A DNA stretch of 64,000 nucleotides from the NCBI GenBank assembly GCA_014729775.1, contig WJJJ01000026.1:16948-80947 (forward strand). Reading direction: 5' to 3'. Shown here piece after piece: positions 32,057 to 42,642 of the stretch. The notes under the pieces were generated by a model. The model worked only from the letters and a program-made list of their open reading frames with translations. It had not been told where the DNA came from and searched no databases. The stretch's first letter is position 1. Every line of letters starts with the position of its first letter. The position numbers and the translations under genes are program-made. This stretch comes from Candidatus Omnitrophota bacterium. Lineage in GTDB: Bacteria; Omnitrophota; Gorgyraeia; Duberdicusellales; 4484-171.

Positions 32057-32428
32057 TTATGATTGCTGCTGAAGAAACTCCCGGTAGGCTTCCTCGTCCA
32101 TCAAGTTCTCGGCAGACTGAGGATCCGTCAGTTCTATTTTGATCATCCATCCCTTTTGCAGCGGATCTTCATTCACCCACTGGGGATTCTCGGCCAATTC
32201 TTCGTTTACCGCGATCACCTTCCCGCTCAGCGGCGAAAAAAGCTCACTGGCGGCTTTCGTCGATTCTACTGTCCCGTACTGCGACTCAGTTTCCACCGCA
32301 TCCCCGACCGAAGGAAGTTCCACGTACACTACGTCTCCCAGTTCTTTTTGCGCGTGGTCGCTGATACCGATCACCGCCGTATTTCCTTCGATGCGGGCCC
32401 ATTCATGTGTCTTACTGTAGCGAACCAT
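32057..32428 (-). CDS. gcvH: glycine cleavage system H protein
   Basis: Internal start MVRYSKTHEWARIEG with GAGGAGG upstream; lipoyl-lysine motif VESTKAASELFSPLSG. Confidence 0.9.
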   Translation of the reverse strand: MVRYSKTHEWARIEGNTAVIGISDHAQKELGDVVYVELPSVGDAVETESQYGTVESTKAASELFSPLSGKVIAVNEELAENPQWVNEDPLQKGWMIKIELTDPQSAENLMDEEAYREFLQQQS

Positions 32429-32444
32429 TACGCCTCCTCTCGTT

Positions 32445-33611
32445 TCAGCACCTTGCTCCCGGTCCCTCCCTGCGTGGTTTCGGACAGCACCCGCTCTCAC
32501 AAGGTATTCCTTTCTGTTTAGTGTGAATGGGCACAAAGGGAAGATCAGTCACGACTGAATCCGCCGCCTGCCCCCTGATCATCGTCACCACCCGCTGTCC
32601 GGCTTGGGCGTATCCGGACTCAATCCGGACCATCGCGATACTCTTCTGAAGCGCGGGGGAAAAGGTACCGCTGGTCACCGTGCCCACCTGTCTGCCCGCT
32701 GCGTACACCGGATATCCCGTTCTCGCGATTTTCGCGCGTTCCAGCACGATCCCCGTGCGTACCACCGATCCCGGCTGAGCCCGTTCTCCGGCCAGCGCGC
32801 TGCGCCCGATAAAATCGGCCTTGCCCATTTTTACGGCCCAGCCCACGCCGGCCGCGAAGGGGCGAGTATTCTCATCGATCTCCTGACCGTACAAGGGATA
32901 TCCCGCTTCAATGCGAAGAATGTCACGGGCCCCGAGCCCGCAGGCACGCATGCCGCATTCCTCCCCGGAGGCACAGAGTAGCTCCCATAGCCGCAGCGCG
33001 GCCGCGGCGGGGAGAGATATCTCAAAACCCAATTCACCGGTGTACCCGCTGCGCAGCAGCGTGAGTGAATGATCCCCCCACCGGGTCCTGCTTACCGACA
33101 TATACTCCAGCTCCCGCGCCGCGGGAACGGCCTTTTCGACCACCGCGGCGGAAGCGGGCCCCTGCACCGAAATAAAGGCGCGCTCCTCCGTCTGATCCGC
33201 AACCGAGACGTCTTCATCTTCAATTGCGGCACGCAGCCGGTGCAGGATTTTCTGCCGGTTGACTGCATTCACCACGCAGAGATATTCTTCCGAAAGAGAT
33301 CCAAGAATACAGTCATCAAGAACCGTCCCTTCAGATGACAGGAAAAGAGTATACTGCAGACGCCCCTCAGCAAGCGCTTCCACGTCATTCGAAGTCATCC
33401 TCTGGAGGAACCGCGGCGCATCGGACCCCCTGATCGAAAGGTGTCCCATGTGCGACACATCAAAGATCCCGCAGGAATCCCTCACGGCTCTGGCTTCCGC
33501 CAGACTGCCGTCATAGCGCAGCGGGAGACACCATCCGGCGAAACTCACCATGCGCGCCTGACGGTTTCGATGCCACGAAAACAAAGGAGTTTTTCTTGAC
33601 TGAAAACTCAT
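32445..33611 (-). CDS. gcvT: aminomethyltransferase (glycine cleavage system T protein)
   Basis: GWCLPLRY...GIFDVSHMG N-terminus; unusual Cys-rich C-terminal tail of about 25 aa. Confidence 0.9.
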   Translation of the reverse strand: MSFQSRKTPLFSWHRNRQARMVSFAGWCLPLRYDGSLAEARAVRDSCGIFDVSHMGHLSIRGSDAPRFLQRMTSNDVEALAEGRLQYTLFLSSEGTVLDDCILGSLSEEYLCVVNAVNRQKILHRLRAAIEDEDVSVADQTEERAFISVQGPASAAVVEKAVPAARELEYMSVSRTRWGDHSLTLLRSGYTGELGFEISLPAAAALRLWELLCASGEECGMRACGLGARDILRIEAGYPLYGQEIDENTRPFAAGVGWAVKMGKADFIGRSALAGERAQPGSVVRTGIVLERAKIARTGYPVYAAGRQVGTVTSGTFSPALQKSIAMVRIESGYAQAGQRVVTMIRGQAADSVVTDLPFVPIHTKQKGIPCESGCCPKPRREGPGARC

Positions 33612-33652
33612 TTCCTGCTCCGATAAAAGTCAAATTTTATCATAGAAACCGC

Positions 33653-34465
33653 TCAATGTAATGATAATTTTTCAAAAAAATCAGCAGCGAGTTGACGGAA
33701 CACGCCGTCGGCAGAAAAATCAAGGGCCGTTGGTTCCGGATTGACCACGAACACTTTCTTCGCATGCTGTCTTGCGTATCCGGGAAGCGACGCCGCAGGA
33801 TACACGCTCCCGCTCGTACCCACGCAAAGAAGTACGCCGGCTTCAAAAATATAGCGCCGGGCGGATTCCAGCGGTTCCAGAGGCAGCTGCTGCCCGAAGA
33901 GTACCACCGCCGGCGTGAGCCTGCCCCTGCACTCCGGGCAGGTCCCCCGCAGCCGGAGAATCCACGCTCGAATACGCCGGCGAGTGGACGCGGAGGAAAG
34001 GCCGTTCAGCAGCCGCCTGCATTCTTGCGGAGTCCTCCTCCGGCGGATACCGCAGTGCGGGCATCGCATTCCCATAGCGCTTCCGTGAATCTGCGCGACC
34101 CGGATCGATCCGGCGCGGCGGTGAAGATCGTCGATATTCTGAGTGATCACTCCGCTCACCCATCCTTCCTGCTCCAGCCGGACCAGTATCCGGTGGACGG
34201 CATTGGGCTCTGCCTTCAGCAAAACCCCGTACCACTCACATAAAAATTCCTTGAGCACACGGGGATCGTTCCTAAACAGCGATGTCAGTCCTTCTTCGGT
34301 CGCGAACCGTTCCGGATCATACCGGGCCCAGAGCCCCCCTGTTCCCCGAAACGCGGGAATCCCGCTGGCTACGGAGATCCCCGCGCCGCACAGTACCGCG
34401 GTTTTTTCATTCCGGATCAAGGTCCGAATTTGTTCCATTCCCTTTGTTCTCGTCATAGGCGTCAT
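33653..34465 (-). CDS. cobB: NAD-dependent protein deacylase, Sir2 family (CobB-type sirtuin)
   Basis: GAGISVASGIPAFRG, GVITQNIDDLH, Zn ribbon CPHCG...CPEC. Confidence 0.85.
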   Translation of the reverse strand: MTPMTRTKGMEQIRTLIRNEKTAVLCGAGISVASGIPAFRGTGGLWARYDPERFATEEGLTSLFRNDPRVLKEFLCEWYGVLLKAEPNAVHRILVRLEQEGWVSGVITQNIDDLHRRAGSIRVAQIHGSAMGMRCPHCGIRRRRTPQECRRLLNGLSSASTRRRIRAWILRLRGTCPECRGRLTPAVVLFGQQLPLEPLESARRYIFEAGVLLCVGTSGSVYPAASLPGYARQHAKKVFVVNPEPTALDFSADGVFRQLAADFFEKLSLH

Positions 34466-35140
34466 TTATTCCGGCTGAATTTCGATATAGGAAATCGTCC
34501 GTGCTGCACCGCGATTACGCCGGTATGAAGGAAAACTCATGGGACTACACCGGCTGCAGACCTCAAATGAAATAAAATCTTCGTTTGCCAGACCCCGTTT
34601 TCTCAGAAACGCAGAGGCAAAGGAGACCGGATCGAAAAACAGTTTTCCCCCGCGGGAATGAACTGACCCTGCCAGCGGCCCGTCGAGGAAGCTGCGTGCA
34701 ACTTCATAACAGCAGCGGCGCAGACCGATCCCGGCGATTACCTGAAACTCCGCCAGCGGACCGGGAACGCGGCCAAGGATCCCCGCGGCGGCCGAACGCC
34801 ATCCCATGTGCACCAGCCCGACGAGGGAACCGGCCTTCTTGACGAAATACAGCGGCAGACAATCCGCGGTACGGATCGTCAGGATCAGTCCCGGCCGGGC
34901 AGTGAACAACCCGTCGCCGGTCCTGCTCCCGGCATCCGTGAAATGATGGACGCACCCCCCGTGGACTTGCCGCAGAAACGCGTGCCCGGACTCCTGCGGG
35001 ACCTCGGGAAGAGACTCCAAATCCTGGGGAACCGCGCCAAACACCCCGGGGCCGCTGAATCCCGCCCTCACTTTTCCCCTCAGAAACTGGTACCATCCGT
35101 CGACAGCTTCAGTCTTCTCCGACAGAGACCACCTTTTCAC
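34466..35140 (-). CDS. pgeF: peptidoglycan editing factor PgeF / YfiH (laccase-domain, purine nucleoside phosphorylase-like)
   Basis: QVHGG...TADCLP motif; 224 aa. Confidence 0.8.
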   Translation of the reverse strand: MKRWSLSEKTEAVDGWYQFLRGKVRAGFSGPGVFGAVPQDLESLPEVPQESGHAFLRQVHGGCVHHFTDAGSRTGDGLFTARPGLILTIRTADCLPLYFVKKAGSLVGLVHMGWRSAAAGILGRVPGPLAEFQVIAGIGLRRCCYEVARSFLDGPLAGSVHSRGGKLFFDPVSFASAFLRKRGLANEDFISFEVCSRCSPMSFPSYRRNRGAARTISYIEIQPE

Positions 35141-35330
35141 GGGACTTTTCTCCTTTTATAATGGAAATCTCCGATTTCCGGACGCGAAAATAGTCCGCGA
35201 GCACGACTTTGAGCCGCTTATTGGCCTTGCCGTCGCGGGCAGGTTCGCTCAAATAGACCTTCACCTGTTCCCCGGAACGTTCAACTCGTTCTTTTTTCGC
35301 CCGGGGGATAACTTTGATTTTCAGCTTCAT
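35109..35330 (-). CDS. DUF167 (YggU) family protein
   Basis: Start at internal MKLKIKVIPRAKKERVE; about 73 aa core typical of YggU. Confidence 0.5.
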   Translation of the reverse strand: MKLKIKVIPRAKKERVERSGEQVKVYLSEPARDGKANKRLKVVLADYFRVRKSEISIIKGEKSREKVVSVGED

Positions 35331-36519
35331 GGGTGAAAGGGAGTATCTCTGACTGGTGATATTCGGCAGAAGGCAGACTTTGCACGTTTCGCAGCCGGCG
35401 TTCGATCGTACGCGATTTACGGCTCGCGGCGTCAATGGTATTGCTCGCTTCTGACAGCTTCTTGCGGGTTTTCTCCAGAATATCTCCGAACTTCGCGAAT
35501 TCGGTCTTTACCGACGCCAGTAACTGCCACACCTCACTGGATCTTTTCTGGATCGCGAGTGTCCGGAATCCCATTTGCAGACTATTGAGCACCGCGGTCA
35601 GCGTGGTCGGCCCGGCGGCAACTACCTGAAATTCCCGCCGCAAAGTATCGAACAGGCCGGGCCGGCGAAGCACCTCCGCGAACAGACCTTCAGTCGGCAG
35701 ATACAGGATCGCGAAATCCGTGGTATGAGGCGGATCGATGTACTTCTGCCGGATATTTTTCGCTTCGGTTTTAATTCTCGTCTCCAGCTGTTTCGTCCAC
35801 CGCTCAACCGACTCGGCATCGCCGGATTCCTGCGCCTGACACAGTCTTTGATAATCCTCCTGAGGAAACTTGGCGTCGATGGGAAGGAAAACAGGTTGTC
35901 TGTTGTCCTCTCCTCCGGGGAGCTTGATCGCGAACTCTACCCGGTCGGCTGTCCCTTTTTTCGTAGACACATTCGTGAGATACTGCTCCGGCGTCAGCAT
36001 CTGTTCCAGAAGCATTCCCAGCTGAATTTCACCCCAGGTCCCGCGCGTCTTCACGTTGGTCAGCACCTTCTTGAGATCCCCGACGCTGGTCGCCAGAGAA
36101 TGCATTTCTCCCAGTCCCCGGTGCACCGATTCCAGACGGTCACTGACGACTTTAAACGACTCTCCCAGCCGTCGTTCCAGGGTGCTCTGCAGTTTCTCGT
36201 CCACGACCATCCGCATCTGGTCCAGCTTGGCGGCATTCTCCGTTTCCATTTTTTCCAGACGTTCGCGTACCGTTCCCCGGATCGCATCCAGCATCCCGGA
36301 TATTTCATTTCGGTCCTGCCGTGCATTAGCCGCGGATTCGTGCCGGTTCCGGGATATTTCATCCCTGACCGTCTGTTCTATCCGGCCAAGGTTCTTTTCC
36401 AGAAGCTCAAGCTGAACCCTGAGCCGGGCGGGAACCCGTCCCTGCCGAAAAAACAGCGCCGCGACCGCAGCAGTCAGCACCACGCTTGTCCCCAAAATGA
36501 GTAGCAGTTCTGCGTTCAT
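35281..36519 (-). CDS. rmuC: DNA recombination protein RmuC
   Basis: N-terminal TM, long coiled coil, C-terminal RmuC nuclease-like domain; 412 aa. Confidence 0.8.
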   Translation of the reverse strand: MNAELLLILGTSVVLTAAVAALFFRQGRVPARLRVQLELLEKNLGRIEQTVRDEISRNRHESAANARQDRNEISGMLDAIRGTVRERLEKMETENAAKLDQMRMVVDEKLQSTLERRLGESFKVVSDRLESVHRGLGEMHSLATSVGDLKKVLTNVKTRGTWGEIQLGMLLEQMLTPEQYLTNVSTKKGTADRVEFAIKLPGGEDNRQPVFLPIDAKFPQEDYQRLCQAQESGDAESVERWTKQLETRIKTEAKNIRQKYIDPPHTTDFAILYLPTEGLFAEVLRRPGLFDTLRREFQVVAAGPTTLTAVLNSLQMGFRTLAIQKRSSEVWQLLASVKTEFAKFGDILEKTRKKLSEASNTIDAASRKSRTIERRLRNVQSLPSAEYHQSEILPFTHEAENQSYPPGEKRTS

Positions 36520-37103
36520 TCGCTTTTACCCGAAAGATATTCGTCGACCCGGTGAAAGATCTCCTCCGGCGGCATCATCCGTCCTTCGCCGGAACTTCCG
36601 CAGGCAAGCGCTCCCCGTCCGGGGGAGAGAAGTTCGTACTGCGTCCGCCGGAATAATTTATCGGTGTTATCCAGAATCACCGTATTATTCCACATATGCG
36701 TGTTCATCGCCGGCGCGCAGAAAATTTTTTTCTCTTCCGGGAACGCGCACATCACGGTCGTGAGCAAATTATCGCAGATTCCGATGGCCAGCTTCGACAG
36801 AGTATTCGCGGAAAGCGGCGCGATGACGCATGCCTCTGCCCACTGCGCGAGCCCTATGTGTTTGGTACGCTGTTCTTCTCCGGGGGAGAACATCCGCACG
36901 AACACCGCCTCGCCGCTCAAAGACCGGAACACTCTCGGCGAAACAAACCGGGCCGCGGCCGGAGTCATGACTACCTTCACCCGGCACCCCGCTTTTACGC
37001 ACAGCCGGACCAACTCACAGGTCTTATAAGAAGAAATTCCTCCGCAGACCCCGATAAGAATATTATGCTGCTCGTCGTGCATCTTTCCCTTTGAGAGACT
37101 CAA
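36516..37103 (-). CDS. coaC: phosphopantothenoylcysteine decarboxylase (flavoprotein, CoaC domain only)
   Basis: ILIGVCGGISSYK flavoprotein motif, 195 aa; no CoaB half present. Confidence 0.8.
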   Translation of the reverse strand: MSLSKGKMHDEQHNILIGVCGGISSYKTCELVRLCVKAGCRVKVVMTPAAARFVSPRVFRSLSGEAVFVRMFSPGEEQRTKHIGLAQWAEACVIAPLSANTLSKLAIGICDNLLTTVMCAFPEEKKIFCAPAMNTHMWNNTVILDNTDKLFRRTQYELLSPGRGALACGSSGEGRMMPPEEIFHRVDEYLSGKSE

Positions 37104-38125
37104 AACAGTTTATCCTGGGTTTGCCTGGGATCCTGGATTCCCATATGAAGATAGGCCCGATGGGCCGCGACGCGCCCGCGGGGAGTTCTCACGATGAATC
37201 CGTTCGCGAGCAGGTACGGCTCAACGACCTCCTCAAGAGTGCCCCGGTCCTCCCCCAATGATGCCGCGATCGCGTCGATCCCGGCCGGCCCCCCCTGATG
37301 AAGATCGATGATCGTGCGCAAATATTTGCGGTCCATATCGTCCAGTCCCTGTTCATCGACCCTGATCTGATCCAAAGCTCGCCGCGCGGTAGGCATGTCG
37401 ATGTTCCCGTCCCCCATGACCTGGGCGTAATCCCGCACCCTTTTAAGAATCCGGTTGCATAACCGGGGCGCCCCCCGGGACCGGCGGGCGATCTCTGCCG
37501 CGCTTGCGGTGTCAATCGCGATATCGAGCAGCTCCGCGCTGCGGCGGGTCACCGTGGCCAGATCCTGAGCCGGATAAAAATCAAAATCAAAGAATAAACC
37601 GAACCGCCCCCGCAGAGGAGCGCTCAACAGCCCCTTGCGCGTGGTGGCGCCGATCAGCGTAAAAGGTTTTAAATTGAATTTCACGCTTTTCGCGTAAGGA
37701 CCCTTGTCGATCACGAAATCGATCTGATAATTCTCTATCGCGGGGTAAAGGAACTCTTCCACCACCTTGGACAGCCGGTGAATTTCATCGATAAACAGCA
37801 CGTCCCCTTTTTCCAGATTAGTCAAAATCCCCACCAGGTCCCCGGCCCGTTCGATCGCCGGACCGCTGGTCGCGGTAAGCTTGGCGTTCATTTCGCGCGC
37901 GATACAATAGGCCAGACTCGTCTTTCCCAGACCGGGCGGTCCGGAAAGGAGCACGTGTTCCAAAGGTTCTTCCCTTTGCTTCGCCGCTTCGATCGCGATC
38001 TTCAGCGACGACACGATTTTTTTCTGCCCGATGAATTCATCGAGATTCTGCGGACGAAGGGAGAGGTTTATTATCCTCTCTTCCTCGTTTTCCTGCCCGT
38101 AATCGACCAGCCTGTCTTCGTTCAT
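37100..38125 (-). CDS. ruvB: Holliday junction branch migration helicase RuvB
   Basis: Walker A GPPGLGKTSLA, FIDEIHRL, arginine finger; 341 aa. Confidence 0.9.
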   Translation of the reverse strand: MNEDRLVDYGQENEEERIINLSLRPQNLDEFIGQKKIVSSLKIAIEAAKQREEPLEHVLLSGPPGLGKTSLAYCIAREMNAKLTATSGPAIERAGDLVGILTNLEKGDVLFIDEIHRLSKVVEEFLYPAIENYQIDFVIDKGPYAKSVKFNLKPFTLIGATTRKGLLSAPLRGRFGLFFDFDFYPAQDLATVTRRSAELLDIAIDTASAAEIARRSRGAPRLCNRILKRVRDYAQVMGDGNIDMPTARRALDQIRVDEQGLDDMDRKYLRTIIDLHQGGPAGIDAIAASLGEDRGTLEEVVEPYLLANGFIVRTPRGRVAAHRAYLHMGIQDPRQTQDKLF

Positions 38126-38130
38126 ATCAG

Positions 38131-38841
38131 TTAGAGAGATGACGCGACGTTTTCCTTGCGCGCGATATGAATATCGCCGAACTGCTGTTTCTGTACCGCG
38201 ACGATCTCGCGCATTTTTATCAGTTCCAATATAGCCAGAAACGTCACCACGATCTCCAGTTTATTGCGGGCCTTCTGAAACAGCGTGTGCAGCGCGACCG
38301 TGTCTTTCACTACAAGGGTGTGCAGCAGATCGTGCATCTTTTCTTCCACGGTATATTCATCTTTGATGATTTCAAAGAACATATCCCGGGGAACCTCGGT
38401 CAGCGCCTGTCTAAACGCGCTGATGAGATCAAAAATAGAAGCTTCTACGTAGACTTCCTTTTTCTGTTCCCCGGTCGACTGCCGGCTGCGGTACTTCAAC
38501 CTGTCGCGTTCTTTTATCTTCAGGAAATCCGCGGCTTCCTTGAACTTCTCATACTCAATGAGTTTCTGCACCAGTTCTTCACGGGGATCCTCTTCGGGTT
38601 CTTCTTCCTCTTTCTCCTCCTGCGGCAGCAGCATTTTCGATTTAATGCTCACCAGCGTAGCCGCCATTACAAGATATTCGGACGCGACATTAATATCCAG
38701 CAGTTTCATCAGCTCCAGGTAATGGAGATACTGGTCCACGACCACTGAAATCTCGATATCGGTAATGTTCAGGTGATTTTTTTTGATGAGATAAAGAAGC
38801 AGGTCAAGAGGACCTTCGAAGATATCCAGATTTACACGCAT
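38131..38841 (-). CDS. scpA: segregation and condensation protein A
   Basis: FEGPLDLLLYLI N-terminus, acidic linker, 236 aa. Confidence 0.85.
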   Translation of the reverse strand: MRVNLDIFEGPLDLLLYLIKKNHLNITDIEISVVVDQYLHYLELMKLLDINVASEYLVMAATLVSIKSKMLLPQEEKEEEEPEEDPREELVQKLIEYEKFKEAADFLKIKERDRLKYRSRQSTGEQKKEVYVEASIFDLISAFRQALTEVPRDMFFEIIKDEYTVEEKMHDLLHTLVVKDTVALHTLFQKARNKLEIVVTFLAILELIKMREIVAVQKQQFGDIHIARKENVASSL

Positions 38842-38931
38842 GCGTACCCCTTCGGAATTAATTTCGCGTTGATTTCAGTATATCACATCCCCCGCGGCCC
38901 GTTGAAGAAAAAAGCTTCCGGCGCGGTTCGT

Positions 38932-40845
38932 TCACAGACGGCGGGTAATGACCTCCTCCGCGTAGGCGTCGATGCGGTCGCCTTCCTGTATTTGATCATA
39001 GCCGGTACCGATACCGCACTCGTATCCTTCCGCGACTTCCTTGACGTCTTCCTTAAACCGTTTCAGTGAACGGATCTTGCCTTCGTGAACGACTTCATTC
39101 TCCCGGCTCACCTGGCAAATGGCTCCGCGGGCGATTTTTCCTTTTTCGATCATGCACCCGGCTATTTTCCCGGATCTACTCAGGGAAAACACCGTTTTCA
39201 CCACCGCGCGTCCGGTAAAAATCTTTTTCACGTGCGGCGAGAGCAGTCCTTCAAGCGCCGCTTTCACGTCATCAATAAGTTCATAAATGATCTGGTACAC
39301 CCTGATCTCAATCCCTTTGCTTTTGGCCAGGTCACGCACGGACGCGTCGGCGGTCACTTTAAAGCCCACGATCACCGCGTCACTCACCTCGGCAAGCAGC
39401 ACGTCCGAAGAATTCACCGCGCCTATGCCTTTGTGAACCAGCTGTAGTTCGACCTCTTTGGAAGAGATATTGCGCAGGGACCCTTCCACCGCTTCCAGGG
39501 TGCCGCCCACATCCGCTTTCAGGATCACTTTCAGCTGTTTTACTTCTCCTTCCTGGACCTTCTTGTATAAATCCTCCAGCTTCATGTGAGAAGACGGAGC
39601 GAGTTTTTTCCGCTTGGCTTCTTCCCGCCGCTTTTCAACGATCTCCCGGCCCTGGTGTTCATCGGAAACCACATAGAGCTGATCACCCGGATTAGGAACT
39701 CCGTTGAGTCCTAATATCTCGACAGGCGCGGCGGGGCCGGCCTCTTCCGTTCCTTCCCCTTTATCGTCCAGCATCGCTTTCACCCGTCCCAGCTCGGTTC
39801 CGCACACGCACCAGTCACCGACGCGCAGCACCCCTTCCTGCACCAGCACCGTGGCCAGAGGACCCTTTCCCGGCGACAGCCGGGCTTCCACCACGACCCC
39901 TTTTGCCCGGCGGCCGTAATCCGCCTTCAACTCCATAATTTCGGCCTGCAGCAGAATAAGTTCAAGCAGTTCATCAATGCCTTCCCCCGTTTTGGCGGAC
40001 ACCTTGACCGTAGGCGTCTGCCCGCCCCAGTCTTCAGGAGCGAGTTCGTGCTTGGAAAGCTGCTGTTTCACCATATCCACGTCAGCGGTCGGAAGGTCGC
40101 ACTTGTTTACCGCGACAATGATCGGCACGTCAGCGGCACGGGCGTGATCAAGCGCCTCCACCGTCTGAGGTTTTACCCCGTCATCAGCGGCGACGACCAG
40201 TATGACGATGTCGGTAATATTCGCTCCCCGCGCGCGCATTTCGGTAAAAGTTTCATGGCCGGGCGTGTCAACGAAAGAAATATTTCCTTTGGGAAGCCGG
40301 ATCTGGTAGGCGCCGATATGCTGGGTAATCCCTCCGGTTTCCTTCTCCGTGATCGTACTTTTCCGGATATAATCAAGAATACTCGTTTTTCCGTGGTCGA
40401 TATGCCCCATGAGAGTAATGACCGGCGGACGGGACTTCAGCTCCTGCGTTTCTTCAACCTGCAGGACCTGCTCCTCGGTCGTCGGTTTTTGGCGCAGATT
40501 TACTTTATACTTGTAGGCAAGCGCCGATGCGGTCTGTTCATCAAGCGCTTGATTGATATTGAACATTTTCCCTTGACGCAGCAAATCCCCCATAATTTCA
40601 GACGGCTTCTTATTCAATTTGACCGCAAGCTCCTTGACCGTAATCGGGAAATCAACCTCGATAACGTTCTGTTCGATTTCTCTCTGTTTCAGGTTTTCCA
40701 CTTCGTGCTTGATGATTTCCGCCGTGTCTTTATCGACGCTGGACATATGGCTTTTGACCGGAAAATTCAGCTTCTTGAGTTTCTCGATCAAGGCCTTACT
40801 GTCAACGCCCATTTCTTTTGCGAGCTCATGTATTCTCATACTCAA
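38932..40845 (-). CDS. infB: translation initiation factor IF-2
   Basis: G1-G4 GTPase motifs ([19 protein letters not shown]); 637 aa, short N-terminal region. Confidence 0.9.
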   Translation of the reverse strand: MSMRIHELAKEMGVDSKALIEKLKKLNFPVKSHMSSVDKDTAEIIKHEVENLKQREIEQNVIEVDFPITVKELAVKLNKKPSEIMGDLLRQGKMFNINQALDEQTASALAYKYKVNLRQKPTTEEQVLQVEETQELKSRPPVITLMGHIDHGKTSILDYIRKSTITEKETGGITQHIGAYQIRLPKGNISFVDTPGHETFTEMRARGANITDIVILVVAADDGVKPQTVEALDHARAADVPIIVAVNKCDLPTADVDMVKQQLSKHELAPEDWGGQTPTVKVSAKTGEGIDELLELILLQAEIMELKADYGRRAKGVVVEARLSPGKGPLATVLVQEGVLRVGDWCVCGTELGRVKAMLDDKGEGTEEAGPAAPVEILGLNGVPNPGDQLYVVSDEHQGREIVEKRREEAKRKKLAPSSHMKLEDLYKKVQEGEVKQLKVILKADVGGTLEAVEGSLRNISSKEVELQLVHKGIGAVNSSDVLLAEVSDAVIVGFKVTADASVRDLAKSKGIEIRVYQIIYELIDDVKAALEGLLSPHVKKIFTGRAVVKTVFSLSRSGKIAGCMIEKGKIARGAICQVSRENEVVHEGKIRSLKRFKEDVKEVAEGYECGIGTGYDQIQEGDRIDAYAEEVITRRL

Positions 40846-42143
40846 TTCTCTCCTTTTTCTTCGTCCGCCTTATGTTCCGTTTCCGTTGGTTCTTCGTTCG
40901 GTTCCCGCGGCGGTTCTTGCTCGCCGGGTTCATCCTCGGAGGTATCCCGCCGCAGGGCTTCCTGTTCGGCTTTTTTCGCTTTTGCTTCCTCCTCGGCCCG
41001 GACCTTTTGTTCCCGCGCGGTTTTCTCCGCCTCTTCGATGATCTGCGCGGCCTTCTTCTCTCCTATTCCTTTCAGGTCCGACAACGCATCCAGATTCGCC
41101 TTCGCCAGCGTGCCCACGTTCCCGTAGCCGGCATCCACCAGCGTTTCGGCGATTTTCTTCCCCACGCTTTTCAGCTGTTTAATCACTTTTATTTCCTCTT
41201 CGATCACTTCCTGGGACCGGACGTCAATCTCCCAGCCCACGAGACGGGACGCCAGACGCACGTTCTGCCCTTTTTTGCCGATCGCCAGCGAAAGCTGATC
41301 GTTGTTCACCAGTACCTTCGTGCGCTTATTGTCGCGGTCCAGTTCGATCCGGGAAACCACCGCCGGCGCGAGCGCCGCTTTAATGAACGCTTTTATATCG
41401 TCGTGCCAGCGCACAATGTCGATTTTTTCCCCGCGCAGCTCCTCAATGATATTTTTGACGCGCGAACCTCTGATCCCCACGCACGCGCCCACGCAGTCCA
41501 CTTTTTCATCCTTGGAATAGACCGCGATCTTGGTCCGCTCGCCGGCTTCGCGCGCGATCGATTTCACCTCCACTATTCCTTCGCCAATTTCCGGAACTTC
41601 CAGATCGAATAATTTCTTGACCAGGCCCTCGTGTCTTCGCGAAAGAATAATCTGGGTTCCTTTATCTTTTTTTACCTCATACACGTAGGCCTTGACCCTT
41701 TCCCCCATCCGGAACCGGTCCAGAGGAGAAAGGAACGAATGTGGAATAACCCCTTCGGTTTTCCCCATGAGATCGAGAATGACCGCCTTTTTATCAAAAC
41801 GGTAGACGGCCCCTCCGATGATATCACCTTCTTTTTCCTTGAATTCGCTATACAGATTCTCTTTTTCCGCCTCGCGTATTTTCTGGATGATCACCTGTCG
41901 GGCGGTCTGCGCGGCGATCCGGCCGAACTCTTTTGACACGATTTCCTCTTCGCCGATAAACACGTGGATATCGCCTTTGTCCTTGTCTATTTCCACGCGC
42001 ACGTCCTCGCTCGCGGAAGTAATTTTCGAGATCTTTTTCGCCGCGACTTCCAGCGCGTGTTTGACGGCTTCAAGCAGGACATTTTTATCCAGCCCTTTTT
42101 CCCGTTCCAACTGTTCGACTACGCTCAAGAATTCTTTATTCAC
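40842..42143 (-). CDS. nusA: transcription termination/antitermination factor NusA
   Basis: S1 and KH domains, C-terminal acidic/lysine-rich tail; precedes infB. Confidence 0.9.
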   Translation of the reverse strand: MNKEFLSVVEQLEREKGLDKNVLLEAVKHALEVAAKKISKITSASEDVRVEIDKDKGDIHVFIGEEEIVSKEFGRIAAQTARQVIIQKIREAEKENLYSEFKEKEGDIIGGAVYRFDKKAVILDLMGKTEGVIPHSFLSPLDRFRMGERVKAYVYEVKKDKGTQIILSRRHEGLVKKLFDLEVPEIGEGIVEVKSIAREAGERTKIAVYSKDEKVDCVGACVGIRGSRVKNIIEELRGEKIDIVRWHDDIKAFIKAALAPAVVSRIELDRDNKRTKVLVNNDQLSLAIGKKGQNVRLASRLVGWEIDVRSQEVIEEEIKVIKQLKSVGKKIAETLVDAGYGNVGTLAKANLDALSDLKGIGEKKAAQIIEEAEKTAREQKVRAEEEAKAKKAEQEALRRDTSEDEPGEQEPPREPNEEPTETEHKADEEKGEN

Positions 42144-42173
42144 ATTCGCCCCCTTTAATCACCGGAATCAGCA

Positions 42174-42641
42174 TTATCTGAATTTTTGTTTTCCGGTCTT
42201 TATTTGTTCATACTCGATGTGAAGACAGGTCTCGCCCTTGACGCGAATTTCCAGCGCGTCCTCGCCTGCATGGATCACTTGTCCTTCCCAATACGTCTTG
42301 CCCGATACCGGTTCATTCATCCACACCCCGACCTCGCGCCCGGCAACCCGCCGGAAATCCCGGCACTCGCGCAACGGGTGGTCCAGCCCGGGCGAATTGA
42401 CCTCTACCGTATACTGATCTCCCAGCGCGGCGGTTTCTTCCAGATACGCCGTAAGAAGACGGTTCACCTCCGCGCACTCGTCAATCGTGATCCCGCCTCC
42501 GGAACGGTCGATTAACAGCCGCAGAGAAACTTTTCCTTTCGTCGGCACGAGCGAGTATCCGAAGAGCTCGAATCCGCACTTCGCCGCGACTTCGCCGGCT
42601 TTTCGCTCAATTTGCGTTTGCACCGCAACGGGTATACTCAT
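42174..42641 (-). CDS. rimP: ribosome maturation factor RimP
   Basis: Start at internal MSIPVAVQTQIE, directly after the proS stop; conserved rimP-nusA-infB arrangement. Confidence 0.75.
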   Translation of the reverse strand: MSIPVAVQTQIERKAGEVAAKCGFELFGYSLVPTKGKVSLRLLIDRSGGGITIDECAEVNRLLTAYLEETAALGDQYTVEVNSPGLDHPLRECRDFRRVAGREVGVWMNEPVSGKTYWEGQVIHAGEDALEIRVKGETCLHIEYEQIKTGKQKFR

Positions 42642-42642
42642 C

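Noticed and set aside
32445-32520. Cys-rich C-terminal tail of GcvT (CESGCCPKPRREGPGARC)
   Set aside because: It could be a real extension or a read-through caused by a missed stop or frameshift. I cannot tell without reads, and the tail has no recognisable motif.
33653-34465. Sir2-domain protein considered as a possible defence-system (Thoeris/DSR-like) effector
   Set aside because: It has the canonical sirtuin Zn-ribbon (CPHCG...CPEC) and a CobB-like size, sits between gcvT and pgeF, and has no partner defence genes. I read it as a housekeeping deacylase.
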